Source: Obrimoposthia wandeli
Taxonomy: Eukaryota
NCBI GenBank assembly: GCA_977020255.1
Contig: CDROCS010000279.1
Location: 62,001 to 126,000 of the forward strand
Length of the DNA stretch: 64,000 nucleotides
Direction of reading: 5' to 3'
The position numbers were made by a program, and so were the translations under genes. Below, in pieces: positions 38,770-53,639 of the stretch. Each line of letters opens with the position of its first letter. Position 1 is the stretch's first letter. Under the pieces are notes generated by a model. That model worked only from the letters and a program-made list of their open reading frames with translations. It was not told where the DNA came from and made no database searches.

Positions 38770-39040
38770 TCTTCTTCAGAAATATCCCCCCAAGATAATG
38801 ACCACACACACAGCGCTTCAACAATGCCTAAGTTTCTGCAAGATAAAGGAATAATTTACCCAGACGATTGGCCACCGTGTTCTACCGATCTTAATATCAT
38901 TGAGAATTTATGGAGTTTGGTGAAGAAAAAAAGTAATAAAGAGCAAAACAAATGTAAGATCAAATGCTTAAAAGATACTTAGACCATGGCAAGAAATATA
39001 GAAAAACATTATCCAGCTTTATCAAAGTATTCCAAACCGA
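38770..39040 (+). pseudogene. Tc1-like transposase DDE C-terminal relic
   Basis: QDNDHTHSA...DWPPCSTDLNIIENLWSLVKKK. Confidence 0.8.
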
Positions 39041-40210
39041 TTGGATCTTGTATAGAAGTCAAAAGGAAATTCTACAAAATACAGGTTTCTGCAATTGTAA
39101 GATATTTTCAAGATATGAAACGGATTATTTATTTAATTGTTTTATTTATTAAAATTAGCTGAACAGCGGCTATATAAAGCAGGTATGATCAAAGATTGGT
39201 TTCAATGAATAAATTTTGATAAAGTCGTTTATAGTGTTGGAAAATTCTTCATGTCGGATGGAGAATGTGAAGACAGTCAAGGAGATGACAAATAATTTCC
39301 TGCTTTACCAATTCTGACGAAAATTTTCCATTAAATCATTTTACTTAATAAAATTATTTTTTACGCCTGAGTGTTCAAAAATTCTCAAAACAGCAAATTT
39401 AGCACCAGGATAAAGATTGTACATAGAAATAAAAGAGATATACATGCTGAATTTGACCACCATCGATACTTTGACATTTGGCTAAGGATATTTCACAATT
39501 CATTATTAAAAGATCGATAATTTTAAGTTCTTAAAGTGTTTTATTAACTTATAAACTTTATTTACAATTTTATTAATATGGAAATAAATAAATTAATGTA
39601 CACAAAAAAGTACTACGACAAAATCTTTTTAACATATTTATTAATATCAAATTTGGAAATATTACTAAACGGGAATAACTTGTAAAAAATACAACATATT
39701 CCGATGAACAATGAGATCATTCATAAACTTCCCGATATTTTGACAAGAAGTTGGGGAAATCAGTGTTATTTTGTGACTGAACTGTCATGTCAATTCCACA
39801 ACGGTTTTCTAATTTGCTAGGATGTACTGAAAAATGATATGTAATCCAACTAAACCCCCAACTGAGCACAAAATTAAACCGATTTTTTGTCGCTTTAAAT
39901 TTCTCTCTTACACTCACTGTCTATTAAAAAGCCAAATATGATCTAAAACTACTATTTTATTTTAGTTCCATTTTCTACGGTTACCCTCGGTTATTATCAT
40001 CATAAAAAGCAGAGCTAATTCCAAGAAATATTGAACAAATTTAGGTTTTTGTTATGTGAAATTGAGAAGAATTTAAATTATAAAAGCTGTAAATTTATAT
40101 AGAAAAAATTGAATTTTCTAAAATCTTTCTGTGAGATTTTTAACATAAAATAATTAACATTTTGCATCCTTTTCAAATTTAATTATATTATATTTCAATG
40201 TATTTAGGAT

Positions 40211-41400
40211 ATGATGTTTAATCTCTGTATTAACTCCGTCATTGAGGCAGTGAACAAAGTACCCAACGCTGGATTCAAACTTGGTTATACACATTTTGCT
40301 ACTCTCGCATATGCAGATGACCTGGCCTTACTCGCTGAGGACAAATCTGTACTGAAGACGACGGTGGATACTGCAACAAATACTGCATACAGGATCCAAT
40401 TGAGATTCAGACCTAGCAACTGTGGAATATTCCGAATTCCCTTCAGGGGCAGCAATAATAGAGATGTAAAGAAAGATATCAAGGAGGTCTTACTTGACGG
40501 AGACCCTATACCTGCGGTAACTACAGATAGTACCTACAGATACCTTGGTATGAACAGGAATGCGGATACAAACACAAATGCAAGGATCTATTTGAGGGGA
40601 ATCTTGACATGACTATGAAGATCATTAACAGTAGACTGTACTCTCACCAGAAATTCTCAGCGTACGAAATCTTTGTACACTTTAAGTTTGTATTCAGTTA
40701 AAGGCAAAACAACATCTCCTACGACAGATTCACCAATGATAGAAGTACTAATGGAGTAACAAAATACGCTTATTACCGACAAGGGAGGAAACAACTCCGG
40801 AGAATTGCAGGACTGTCTAAAAATACCCCTCTTGGAACCTTGCATGGTCACAAAGATCATGGAGGATTCGGTATCCCAAGTGTCACGGATGAGTATAATA
40901 TACAGGCCATAATCCAGGTCTTCAAAATTTCGAATGCAGACCGTGGAGGATTACAAAAAGCCTTTAGACTGGAATTAATCTTCTCAGTAAGTAAGCTAAT
41001 CCTGGAATGCAGAGACTTTTGGAGTTTCCTGGCCCAAGCCGTGAATGAAAAAGTCATTCAAGCAACGGACATAAATGAGTGGGCAAGATATACTGAGGCT
41101 CACAAGAAAATCAAGAATGCGTTGAATCTCGAAATTATAATCTTTAAAGGGTGAAAATGATGAAGTAGTAATTTGTATTAAGAAGAGTAATGTTAATACC
41201 GTACTCACAAGCAACGATAACAAAGAAATCAGTGCCAATCTCCACAACCAAATCGCAATTGCTAGGATTGAGCATCTAAGAATCAATGATAAACCAGGAT
41301 CGGTGATTTATGGAAATGCTACATCTGATACGGACATTAAGAGGTTTATCCTAAAGGGTAAACTCACTCATAAAGCATGGTACTTTATTCACAAAGCCCG
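40211..41400 (+). mobile_element. Truncated non-LTR retrotransposon of the R2/NeSL (RLE) group: RT domains 4-7 and thumb
   Basis: MFNLCINSVI...TLAYADDLALLAE...QLRFRPSNC...YRYLG; HGHKDHGGFGIPS; AWYFIHKAR (cf. WRFIHRAR). Frameshifted; no endonuclease domain seen. Confidence 0.75.
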
Positions 41401-41789
41401 AAAAGGGGGGGGGCTAGGTTCCTTGGTCTTAGTACTGACACTGTATACTACTACTCTCCCCTGGAGATTCATCGGTCCCACATGAAGTAGAAGACGCTTT
41501 ACGGTGTATTGCTTTAGGGAATTTAATTATCTGGATGTGTTTACTATGAATAGAGTTTTCCTATATTATCTTAACTTAGAAATATCGTAATTATTACTGT
41601 CAATACATCATCATTACATAATCACCACTAAATTATTATCATAAATGTCAGTGAAAATATTATTAGATTAAAAGTTTAAAAACCCCAATCCACAATGAAA
41701 ACAATTCAATGAACTGTCAAATCAATAAAATGACAAGAACATGCCACAGTCAAATCAAAAAGTCCTATATAATAAGAAAATACCTCATT

Positions 41790-41985
41790 ACTAATGCATC
41801 CGATTATTACATCAAGACGTGATTTTCAGAATTAATTACCGTTTAATATTCCAACGTTTCAATTAAATCGTCTACAGAAAATTTGAAAAAAGTCATCAAA
41901 ATTATATTCAAATTGAAGAAACGTGCCAGTACGAGTGAAGATTTAATGAAGCTCCATTGGCTGCCGGTCAATGCCAGAATTTTTT
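41790..41985 (+). mobile_element. L2/CR1-type LINE 3' fragment
   Basis: IITSRRDF ... LMKLHWLPVNARI. Confidence 0.7.
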
Positions 41986-43449
41986 CAAGATCCGGCATAT
42001 TATAAAAAAGCAGTTATCAAATCATTTGTGATACTTTGTCCACATTCAAAAATAAAGTTGAGCCATATTTGGCGACCATGATAGAAATTCTGTTCGTAGC
42101 TTCGTATCCAGAAAGTTACGTTTTTTTTCCATCTGTAAATTTGCAAAATAGCTTTTTAATATAAATTAAATTAAGTAATATTTTCTACAGTCTGCTTTTT
42201 ACAAAGTTGGCTTTTGTTTCGAGTAGCTGAAATCATTAAGTAGAGACAGATAATAACGAGAAAGTCTACAATATATTCACTTGAATTTATATTTCCCCTT
42301 CAAAATTCTTCGTAGATTAGTAAAGTTAATTCTCCAAAATGCGACATTATCACATTAATCTGACAAAAAACATTTAGTAGTTTTATCTGAAGATCTCTTT
42401 AAATTACGTTTTCATTTTCATTTTAGAAATGAATTAAACTGCATTGCAAAACAGGAAAATTTGGTAGAATTAATTTGAATAAATCAGAAAAAATAACAAC
42501 GTTCAGAAACGATAATTAATTGATTAATTAAATAAATGGCCATCGATTTTCTTCACGATTTTAAACCATAATTATGTTCTCAAATATGGATTAAAAATTT
42601 CTTGAGTACATTACTTTGTAAGAAATTTAAATTTTTATTTGTTCACTTTAACGAAAAAGCAAAATTTTAGTCTAAATGTTTTAGCTTTTTATGAAAATAG
42701 GAAAAACACAATTTTTAAACACCATATAAAGATTGGATATATTTGACATATACATAAAACGGTATATTTAGTTATAACAATTTATTGTCAGGTACGATCC
42801 GTTAGGACAACGTGAAATACTTGTATTGACTTCTGATAGATTCCGTTGCTGCAAACGTGAGCCAAGTACTTCAGCTTGTCACTTAGAAATATTCAAATTT
42901 CTTACTAAGTCATTTAACTGACCCTGACTTCTAATAGAGGTTCTCTAGACATCGACATTTCATAATCTGTATCGATAATATTATTTTCTATAATAAGCTC
43001 TTTAATATCCACTTCCGTTAAAAAGTTTACAAATTACTGTGCCATTAATTCTGTCCCTAAAATACGTATTGTCATTGGAGGGAAACGTTACATATTTCAC
43101 TGTGTACATTTATAAATTGTTAAAATTTCTAGACCCAGTGACATGGGAAAACTTGCGTGATTTAGGTCACTTATTAAGAACCGGGCGGTTGGCTTCTATG
43201 AGAGTAATAATCAATATCACACAGAGGCGTCAGCAGGTAATTTGGAATGAAAGTCACAAAATGTGAAAAAAAATTATAAATTTTAATTTTGCTATTATAA
43301 AATCAAAGTCATCTGTTGTTTTCTTATCTTGATGACAATACAGTTTGTACAATAAAAACTAGTATATTTAAAATGTCCAAACTTCGCTAAAGTATAATTT
43401 ACTACTTTTAATTATGAGTAATACATTTATGCATCATTTTAACTGTTTT

Positions 43450-44300
43450 CAATACTTTGCAAAAATGATAAAATCCTTAACACACAAAAATTAAGTTAAG
43501 CAAACTAAAACTTTTTATTGTAGAAAACGGACATGGTACTAAAATTACAGAATAGGAACCATTTGACTATAGCAAACATTGTCAAATGAAAAAAAATATT
43601 TCAGCAAAGGTTTACTCCGCCAATCGATAAGCTCATTTGTCTTTGTGCACTTTCTTTATCCATCAAATCTAAATGATACGTGAAAGGATTTCAAATCCAA
43701 ATATTAATTTTTGACACATCCTCATTGAAGTAAGTCTCGAAAGAGTTCATGAATGTATTCAAGTGACTAATAATTGCGTCTTGAATCTTCTCTGGAACCT
43801 TCTCTGTCTGGCCTTTACCAGAAACAGTGCTTTTCAACGCTGGGAAATTACCACACACTTCTCGTCCTTGGACAGAAATGATGGTGCATACAAATGCTCA
43901 AGTCTGTTTGCTATATAAGCCAAAAGTGATTCAAAGTCTGTACTAAAAAATCATGTTTCTTTACTCGAAGGGTAAAGTTGGTCACTTGCACGGCAATGTC
44001 TATTGTAGATTTAAGTGTCCAATGATTCTTGTCGTGCAAATACATTTACAGAAGCTCCATAGCCAGATTTCGTCCCAACATTGGAGGTGCATCATCAGTT
44101 CTTTCCATTCTACTTCATTTGTTGAAAGAAAATCATCATTTACCTTTCGTGGTAGAAAGAAGTGGTTTACAAAAGATTGATACAATGAAAAAGAATCTTT
44201 CAATTTTAAAGTTGTTCGATTGTTAATAGTTTTGTCTGCAAAATACATATTCAAAGATAACATCTTTTCTTGAAATGTTAATGGTATTTCTAAAAGCAAT
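43450..44300 (-). pseudogene. hAT (Buster/Charlie-like) transposase C-terminal relic
   Basis: DDFLSTNEVEW...IIGHLNLQ ... IISHLNTF...FRDL...ELIDWRSKPLLKYFFS, with many stops. Confidence 0.5.
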
Positions 44301-45549
44301 TGATTATAAAAAAAAAATTAGTCTGATATTTAATTTCTTTAAATTTAGCATTTTTTTAAAATTCTTAGTTTAAAAGTTTTAGAGCCACTTTTAAACTTTT
44401 TAATAAAGTTTTATTGTTGTATTAAGTTTACTATTCTAGCTTCTATATTTAAAGAAACTTTTGTAATACTAAACAATGTCTATCGATTCTTAGAAATAGA
44501 AGCTTTTAAATAAACTTTATAAATATGGAACAAGATTTTAAAAGCATACATTATACAAATTATTTTGTCTAGAATTTTTTTTACTGAGAAAAATAGTAAA
44601 TATTTTTCTGGGGCAATCAATATCTCTAGAGTTTGAATTTAACTAATTTGTCGAAAGTTCTGATAACATACATAATTAATCTTCATTATCTTACACTACT
44701 AGTCTATGTTGTTGACGGTCGTCAAATTATATTAACAAATCCATCAACCATCTTGTTTTTGTATCTCCCTTCACATGCACTGTCAGTTTATGTATATTTT
44801 ACAGGCAAACAGTTAAATGACTGAAATTATGTAATTAAAGTTCTCCTCAAAGTACAGATGAAATTATTTACATTTTTTAAAATCGTGATTTTGAAAATTT
44901 TAACTAGCTCAAAAGTCTTTGTCAAAGGAAAAATATATGCATGTTTAAGAGACAATTCAAAAACATATTGAATATTCAAATATACATTTCGTATTTCTTT
45001 CCATAAAAAACTTAAAAAATTCTATTGACCAAAACTCTGGTATATAATAATTTTATTTGATTTTAAATAATTTTCAAACACAACAAATACTATTTCAATT
45101 TACAATCGATAGCTTTGTGTCTTAGCCACTCTACTAAAGGGTCGAGAATTGTATAATATACGTCTTGTCCTTCAAACACCTGGGGCACTAAAAATAGTCA
45201 TTGTATGTCGCTCTTTTGGTTTGTTACAATCTTTGGTATGTCTTTTTAAGCTTATTAAATAATGTTCTTGCTACGGAAATTATTTTTCATTATCTTAGAC
45301 ACCGCCGATTGGTATATTTTGAAGAATAGAAAAACTTGCTTCTGACTAAACGGCTCCTCAATATATTGAAATATTCTGAATTTTGTGGCTTCATTCGTTT
45401 GATAATCTAACCTTAAATAAAGGTTAATATTAACTTATACTCGTACTTTACCTTTGGGTTGGTAAACATACGATCTTCACGAATTTACGGGTATGTTGAA
45501 TAAAGTTAGTTTATGTTCATCCAGAATCTGATTATGTTTACTAAAACCC

Positions 45550-46850
45550 ATTAGAAGTTCTTAACAATATATTCTTCGCTGTAGGTTGGAAGACTTCCTA
45601 CAAACCTGACCATGTTCCTTCACTCTTGGTTGGATGTGACGACTTTTCTCTCCTATGTATGCGGCATCAGTCACATGAAATTGAAACTTGTATTCTACAT
45701 TAGAAATGAGCGATTTTGGTGGAGAAGATTTGTTAGAAAATAAATTTTTTTGATTTATTTTGATTGTGAAACTCGTCTAAAATTTTGTCTATAGTCAAAC
45801 ATTTGGAATTTGGGACAACCACACTATTGTTTTGGAAGAAGTTCCTCTTGAATAAAACATATTTGTTGCTCAAAGAAAATATTCTTTGTATCTGTTTTAA
45901 GCTACCATCTTTTAAAGTTTGTGTCTGCATTCGTAAATTAGGAGGATAAAGATCAAATTATACAGACAAGTTCTTTTATTAAACTAATTTTGTAAGAGAA
46001 GCTGAGGCTGTATGGAGTTATATATCAACCAGGTGCTCCTTAAATGCTCTCACCTCCAGAAATGTTTAGAAGAGGACAGAAAAGGTTAATTACATCTCAA
46101 AGATTGATATTTTTGTTAGAAAAGACTAAAAATACGGAATTTGGGGAATAAAAACAATCCATTCTGTTCATATCACATTAATTATTATGGTTTAATGCTT
46201 TTTTTCGTCCATTTTTACTAATCTTATTTAAACTTTGTAAAGTTTTAATACTTTTCTATCCAACAAATCAGAACATTATGTATTTATTTGATAAAAATCG
46301 GATTATTTCAACTTAAATATATATGTTATAAAAATTCTAAAAGTTGCTTTTTCAAGTCTTTCTTTCAATCTTTTTAGCTAAAGCTATTTAAACATTAATA
46401 ACTCTGAAGTAGAAAACCATTTTACTAGAAATCTAGACAATTTGAAACTTCAGTAAAGATCCACCTTTTTATAGGGAAAAACTTTATTTAAAAGCAAATT
46501 TGTATTGTGGTTTAAGTAAAATCTGACAAAATAATTAGTTTTCATTTCGATTTTTTTCATTGACAAAATGGATAAGCATTGCCGTATACACTGTTCACCG
46601 TACATAGCTTGGTCAGCAGAAAAATGTTTTTGAAACTCATTTCCCGCTTCGGTGGGCAAAACCTTAATTTGTATCTCGTAGTACATTCTTGACAATGGCA
46701 GCGCTGTCTAGCATATTAATACTATGTCTCGAAACTTCTTGCTTTTTAATCAAATTTTTCTTCTCTCTAGGTGACATTTTCTTGTAGGCTTCATGTTCGT
46801 GAATTGGTTTAACGAAATATTTTTGTAAACAATACTTGATTCGATTCAAT
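45550..46850 (-). pseudogene. Penelope-like element relic (GIY-YIG endonuclease; RT region poorly preserved)
   Basis: SNVEYKFQFHVTDAAYIGEKSRHIQPRVKEH at about 45700-45610 (cf. NVVYKFQC..C...YIGETSR.L..RIKEH). The upstream extent is a guess. Confidence 0.55.
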
Positions 46851-47399
46851 TTCCTGCTATTTCTTCATATAACTTCGTTAACTTTATCATTGAATATTAA
46901 GATGGAAATGTGATAAATTCTAAAAGCTATCATGAAATGTGCTTAGATCTTGAACCGAATGAAACTGATCTCGCTACTTTTACTTTTGAGAACTCAGAAT
47001 TATATTTATGAGATGATTACGAGAATGTTGTAATTTGCTGCTTAGTTTTATCAAAGGTAACAAAATATAATTATTAAAACCCGGTGAAAACATCGGATCG
47101 ATGACTAAAATCGCTTTTTGCTTAAAGCACCCATTTAGAGAATAAATTAAACCGAAGAAATGAAAATATTTATACGGTTTCTTTATACAGGTTACTTTCC
47201 AATACTTTTCAAATTATAACAGTAACATTTTTTAGTTTTACTTTAAAACATAAATGACAATTAAACTTCTAAATTTAATACATTATTACTTATAACATAT
47301 TAAAAATGACTTTGAATGCATATTTGCAAAAGAAAAATTGCAACATCTTGTAAAATAAACTGTTAAGGCTAATAAACGTAAGTTTTTATACATTTATAC

Positions 47400-48147
47400 A
47401 TTTTACCTTAACTTCATATTTAGCAAACACAATATAAGATGGGTTTATCAAAGCATTTGTCAAAAGAAGAAAAATTACAATAGATATTCTTCTGGGATTG
47501 AAAATTAACCCATCCAATTTTCAGACGTTAAAGGACGAAATCTATCAACTATATATCGTTATATTAACGGATAGAACCCTTCGTCAAATAAAAAGTCTAT
47601 TAATTCAATTCCATGCACAACGAAATACATTAAATACACATTAAATATCAAGGTGTTTTGCCAAATCATCCGAAATTATATGAAGATAAATGATATTAGT
47701 AAGCAAAAGTGTGATAAAGATTTTCCACTCACCAAAAAATCCGTAGAAAACGTTTTGATATTTCCGAAATTTTACTATCAAAATTTCATGATTATAGATA
47801 CTTTAAATTTTAGTGTTGAAAAATGTTTCGGAAAGGATGGGATGGTAAATAATGCATATTGTTGGACCTATCAAAATAATCAAAAGACATTCTCGAGAAG
47901 GTTTAGTTATGGTTTGGTGCGTCATTGGGTATAATTTAAAAAGCGATTTAGCAGTTGTAATTGTAACATTAAAGAGTCCCGAATATAAATATACATTAGA
48001 AACATTGCTAATACCAATGCTATCAAATAATTCGGGTTTCCAACAAGTTAATTATCCAGTACATAATGCTAAAATTATTAAAAATGGCTTCAAGAACAAA
48101 ACACAGATTCTCTAAAATGGCCTCCTCAAAGTCCAGATCTAATTATC
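47400..48147 (+). pseudogene. Tc1-like transposase relic, cut off at the SPDL motif by the duplicated block
   Basis: GLVMVWCVIGYNLKS...Y.YTLETLLIP...FQQVNYPVHNAK...WPPQSPDL. Confidence 0.75.
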
Positions 48148-49244
48148 ATTGGTCCGGGAATTGGTCAAATAGTACACAACTTTAATATACTAATTTTTTT
48201 TTGTTACAGAAAAAGGTGCTATGATAATGTTTCCTTGAAATACACTCTAGGGATTATTATTCATTCAAATTCTGTCGATTCACCATCCCAATTCTCTTGG
48301 TTATAGTCTCCCTGAAATTGTACAACTACAAGATAAATTCATAACCGATTCACTAATTCTGACCACCCCGGTTTATCTGTAATAATTTACGGAGTCAGCA
48401 CCTATGACAATAAGAACTGTCCAGGCCGTTAACTATGATGACATAATGGATGGAATAAGTCCCTCTCATAATTAACAGCCAACAGAAATAGTTTTTATGG
48501 TATGATAATGAGAAATATCTCGAATTACTTATTAGAAGAGTAATTGAATTTTCTCATGAGTATGTTAATGAGTTATAACTATAGCAAACATAAATAAGTA
48601 CTCCTTGAATAAGTCTTAATCCTCTTGTTTTAGTCATATTTCACTTGTCATATGGAGAAGATCAAACGACGGAAATCCCTTCCCAATTAATTAGCAAATA
48701 GTTCTGCTTTGGCTGTACTTGTAAATGTCGGTTCAAGAGTAAGAAACGTTCTCTCTAGTTCATTTCTAACAAAATTGAATGGAGACTTTTGTTAGTTTCC
48801 ATTCTAAGACTCCAAACATTTTATGGTTTTCAGAAATACCCTTTAAATATTTTCCTCACTGATTTCGGTCCCTCTTTGAAGGTATTTTTATAAAATTTAA
48901 TGAACGTTTTTCTTTATTGTACATCTTTCAGTTAATTTGAAATGTATTCCCAAAATTGATCAGTTCCAGGATTTTTGTTGTTGTAGTTATACAATAAAAT
49001 AAGAATCTGCAAACATGGATTTAAAATTTTGACGTCTACTTGTCTACGTACACTTTTGATAGATTTTTCGAGCAGCTCCTAAATATTGAGGTTTTTCTCG
49101 TTCAGTTGTGAAATATTCTTTGACATGAGATTCAAATAAACAAGATTTTTCATCTCTCCCTATAAGAAGAAATCTAGAGAACGTACATTAGTGATATTTG
49201 CTATTTACTAAGTTTGTTTTTCATAACCTAAAAATTCAAAAAAG
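48148..49244 (+). repeat. 1,097-bp direct duplication, copy 1
   Basis: Near-identical to 52312-53408 (offset 4,164); one substitution noticed by eye (48943 T / 53107 G). Confidence 0.95.
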
Positions 49245-52200
49245 GTTTTATTTTGGCTAACATAAATACATAATTTTTATGCTATGTAGATTTTTAATGT
49301 ATAAATTACTTTCATATATAACATATTATATGAAATTATATGATTTTGAGTTTATTTTGTTTATTACATTAGAGAGTAAAATAATATTAATTCTATATAT
49401 AAACATTGAAACATTTTAATTTTTTAAATTAATAATACTATTTGCAAATATTATTTTGCTACCTGTAATTTTGAGTCCTTTCTTTTTATTTTACTCTAAA
49501 TTATAGTCCAATAAATTAATATATTTACATTTTTCATGTGTGAAACTGTCATAGCCTATGGTTTGTGATTAAAGTTACATATTTAGAATCATTTTTGAAT
49601 AACTAAAAAATTGAACAGTCTAAAGAATTACTAAGTAACCACTTCAACCAACGAATGTATATGAAATATGAAGCCTTACTTCATTGGTTTTTAGATGCCA
49701 GAAATTTGCTTAATTAAAACCAAATAATCGATGGACTAGAAGATCTAGGCAAGGTCGCATGGCCACAGCCTAGCCCTGACTTAACCATCTGGAGGGCCTC
49801 ACCACCGAAATTTAGCTGGTTTAAAGTACAAATCAAATTAAAATTGGTTCACTTTATTGTGAAAATTACATAATCAGCCAACCCTTCGTTTTTGGGCCGG
49901 AGATCTTCGAGGTACCTCAATTGCGTCATAATGATACAGTAAAGTTGAGAAGCCGGTATTATAATTTCTGTAGTGTGGAAAGTTAAACCTTATTTAGCCT
50001 AGATTCCAATTATTTTACTACCGAAGTGGTTTATAAAGTTTTCTTAGGTGACATTTATAGTACACAATCGCGTAACTGTCAGCGACATAAATTGCTTTTT
50101 AGTGTCTTATTTATTTGATTAATGTGAGGATCAGACCCGGCCTTCAGCCTCAGTGCGGTTATCGACGGCGGGAATGTGCCGCTCTTGTATATTCGTCTCT
50201 CGGGGATCAGATATCGCAAGCGCGGTGTAAACAGGCCACCGCGAATTTGTGGAAGTGCACTGGATTTTGAGGTGCAATCTGCTCTGTGATCTTCTTCCCT
50301 CTGCAGTTGCAGATACGAACCGCATTCCTGCGTCATCGGCAAACCGAACAATTCCGTCTAGAATTGCTAATCCGTATAAAAAGCAGACTTCGGTCGTAAT
50401 TTCGAGACATAGGTGGGAGTGTATTATACATTTGCACAACGATTTTGAATCAGTCGATTAGTAAGTCAATCTTTTCGTCATCTTTTAACTGACCAGTGTC
50501 GGCTTGACTGTCTTTGCGAGGCCATAAAAATCAAATTGTCTTCTGCTGAATGCTTAGTGAATTCGAAGATGTTTTAATTTCGAAATCCATAGAACAGTTC
50601 AAAACTATTTATCGTAAACAAACGGATGTCGGGCCTTATACTTATTCTCGAAGTTTTTGTGATGAAAAGGTTAAATCCAAATGTATAAAATGTTCTCAAT
50701 TTATTATGTTTTAAAAGTGTTTATTTAAAATTTTGTATCAATTTAAAACGAAATTAAAAAAATTATTTTTTAATAAATTAAAAATGCTTATTTCTGTTTT
50801 ATGGTAAATTTTTTTAAATAAATAAATTATAAAAATCTCAATTTACATTAACTTTAAAATAAAAACTAAAAGTTTGAAAATATCATGTGAAACAATTTTT
50901 TATTATGAATGACTAATTACTTTATATATTCTTTACATAGAAAATCAATATCAATTAAATGAATCATTATCACTTATGTAAGTCCCCTTTTAAATCAAAA
51001 TAATTTATTTATACATAATAATATTGTTAAAATGCTAAGTTGCTAAGGGTTTTATAAATTATGTATTTACAAACAATTTATCGCAATCGAAAAAAATCGA
51101 TTATATCATCATAGTTTTTTTATTTTTAGTAAAATTAGTTTCAGATAGGGGGCTACAATGTCGTTATCCAGCCCTACATACTTAATGATAAATCGGTGAA
51201 AAAAATGTCATCCACCAGTTGAATTGTGTTAAAAGTTCTTGTTCTGTGGTATAAGGAAGGTAGTAGCACTTATATCCGATTTGAGACGTTCACCGGAAGC
51301 TGCCAGCAACAATGGAGACGGAGGAGGATTATGAGAACCTGACCTTGAGGCGGAATTGGCCACATTGAAGAGGCATTAATGTGTCTAGTACTGATAGAGA
51401 TAGGATTATCTGTCTGCCAGTAATGGCTCGAGAACAGCTCAGGAGGGATCTTAGCAGCTATGCTGATCTTCTAGCTCATCGTCGATGCATATTTGTCAGT
51501 GGACATTGGTTTAAATAATCATTTCGTACAATTCTCCCCGAGCTTCAAAATAAATGAAGAATTAAAGTAAAGGGAAAATTTAACAAAAGTTTATCAGAAT
51601 TTATGTGTAGACTAAATACTCTATTCATAAACGGACACGTACACATACGGGTTATTTTGTTAGATATTCCAATAGGGAACCAATTATTTCAGCTTGCCGT
51701 TTAGAAAGATTCAAATCTCTTACTAAGTCATTTATTTCAACATGTTTTTTTAATGTAGGCGTTTTAGACTTCAACATGTATCATTATGTATCAATAGTCA
51801 TCATATCGGACTTTCGAATAGGATGCTGAATCAGATCCGAGAATCCGGTAAATTCTTCTGGTCACTAAGTTGGATTTAAAAACACTCCCGATACGCTTCT
51901 CATATTAAGAGGGTAATAGTTTTTTAAATTTAAACAATATATTCACAAATGATATTTATATAAATATATAATAAATAATTTTATTAATTACGATTATAAT
52001 TTAATTAAATGGAATAAAAATATTTGTAATGCATTTTTAGATATGAAATCATATTTTAATAATTTTTGTCCCAATCACAGTGCAAAACTATACATATACC
52101 ACTTATTTTCATTAGAGGGAACATTGTCATGTTGTGCTGTAATATTGTTAACATATGTATTTATATTTTATTTCATATAAACATTAATTCACTAAATATA

Positions 52201-52311
52201 TAGTGTCACATATTTTAAGTTAATAGTTTATTAGTAATACGACATTGTGTTTTTCTATTACCTCATGTCAACTCCATTTATGTTAATGGTTTCTTCGGCT
52301 TTCTTTCCATT

Positions 52312-53408
52312 ATTGGTCCGGGAATTGGTCAAATAGTACACAACTTTAATATACTAATTTTTTTTTGTTACAGAAAAAGGTGCTATGATAATGTTTCCTT
52401 GAAATACACTCTAGGGATTATTATTCATTCAAATTCTGTCGATTCACCATCCCAATTCTCTTGGTTATAGTCTCCCTGAAATTGTACAACTACAAGATAA
52501 ATTCATAACCGATTCACTAATTCTGACCACCCCGGTTTATCTGTAATAATTTACGGAGTCAGCACCTATGACAATAAGAACTGTCCAGGCCGTTAACTAT
52601 GATGACATAATGGATGGAATAAGTCCCTCTCATAATTAACAGCCAACAGAAATAGTTTTTATGGTATGATAATGAGAAATATCTCGAATTACTTATTAGA
52701 AGAGTAATTGAATTTTCTCATGAGTATGTTAATGAGTTATAACTATAGCAAACATAAATAAGTACTCCTTGAATAAGTCTTAATCCTCTTGTTTTAGTCA
52801 TATTTCACTTGTCATATGGAGAAGATCAAACGACGGAAATCCCTTCCCAATTAATTAGCAAATAGTTCTGCTTTGGCTGTACTTGTAAATGTCGGTTCAA
52901 GAGTAAGAAACGTTCTCTCTAGTTCATTTCTAACAAAATTGAATGGAGACTTTTGTTAGTTTCCATTCTAAGACTCCAAACATTTTATGGTTTTCAGAAA
53001 TACCCTTTAAATATTTTCCTCACTGATTTCGGTCCCTCTTTGAAGGTATTTTTATAAAATTTAATGAACGTTTTTCTTTATTGTACATCTTTCAGTTAAT
53101 TTGAAAGGTATTCCCAAAATTGATCAGTTCCAGGATTTTTGTTGTTGTAGTTATACAATAAAATAAGAATCTGCAAACATGGATTTAAAATTTTGACGTC
53201 TACTTGTCTACGTACACTTTTGATAGATTTTTCGAGCAGCTCCTAAATATTGAGGTTTTTCTCGTTCAGTTGTGAAATATTCTTTGACATGAGATTCAAA
53301 TAAACAAGATTTTTCATCTCTCCCTATAAGAAGAAATCTAGAGAACGTACATTAGTGATATTTGCTATTTACTAAGTTTGTTTTTCATAACCTAAAAATT
53401 CAAAAAAG
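52312..53408 (+). repeat. 1,097-bp direct duplication, copy 2
   Basis: See copy 1 at 48148-49244. Confidence 0.95.
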
Positions 53409-53639
53409 TATGACTTTTGTGACCGAAAGAAAAACAAATATTTACAATGTATTAAATTTATTTATTTACAGAAAAATTTTATTGAAATTTATAATAATGA
53501 AAGCTGATATTTTTTCTTCTAAAAAGTTACAATTACTCTCATAATAGAGAATGATTGTTCAACAGCTCCAGATATTGGCTGACAATTTTTGTTTATAAGA
53601 TTTAATGCCACATACGTCTTCTCCTAATTCTAAACTATT

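Noticed and set aside
50131-50439. Minus-strand ORF with FADD resembling a LINE RT motif
   Set aside because: Single motif; flanking RT motifs not recognisable.
48148-53408. 1,097-bp direct repeats as an LTR pair
   Set aside because: No TG...CA ends, PBS, PPT, TSD or gag/pol between them.
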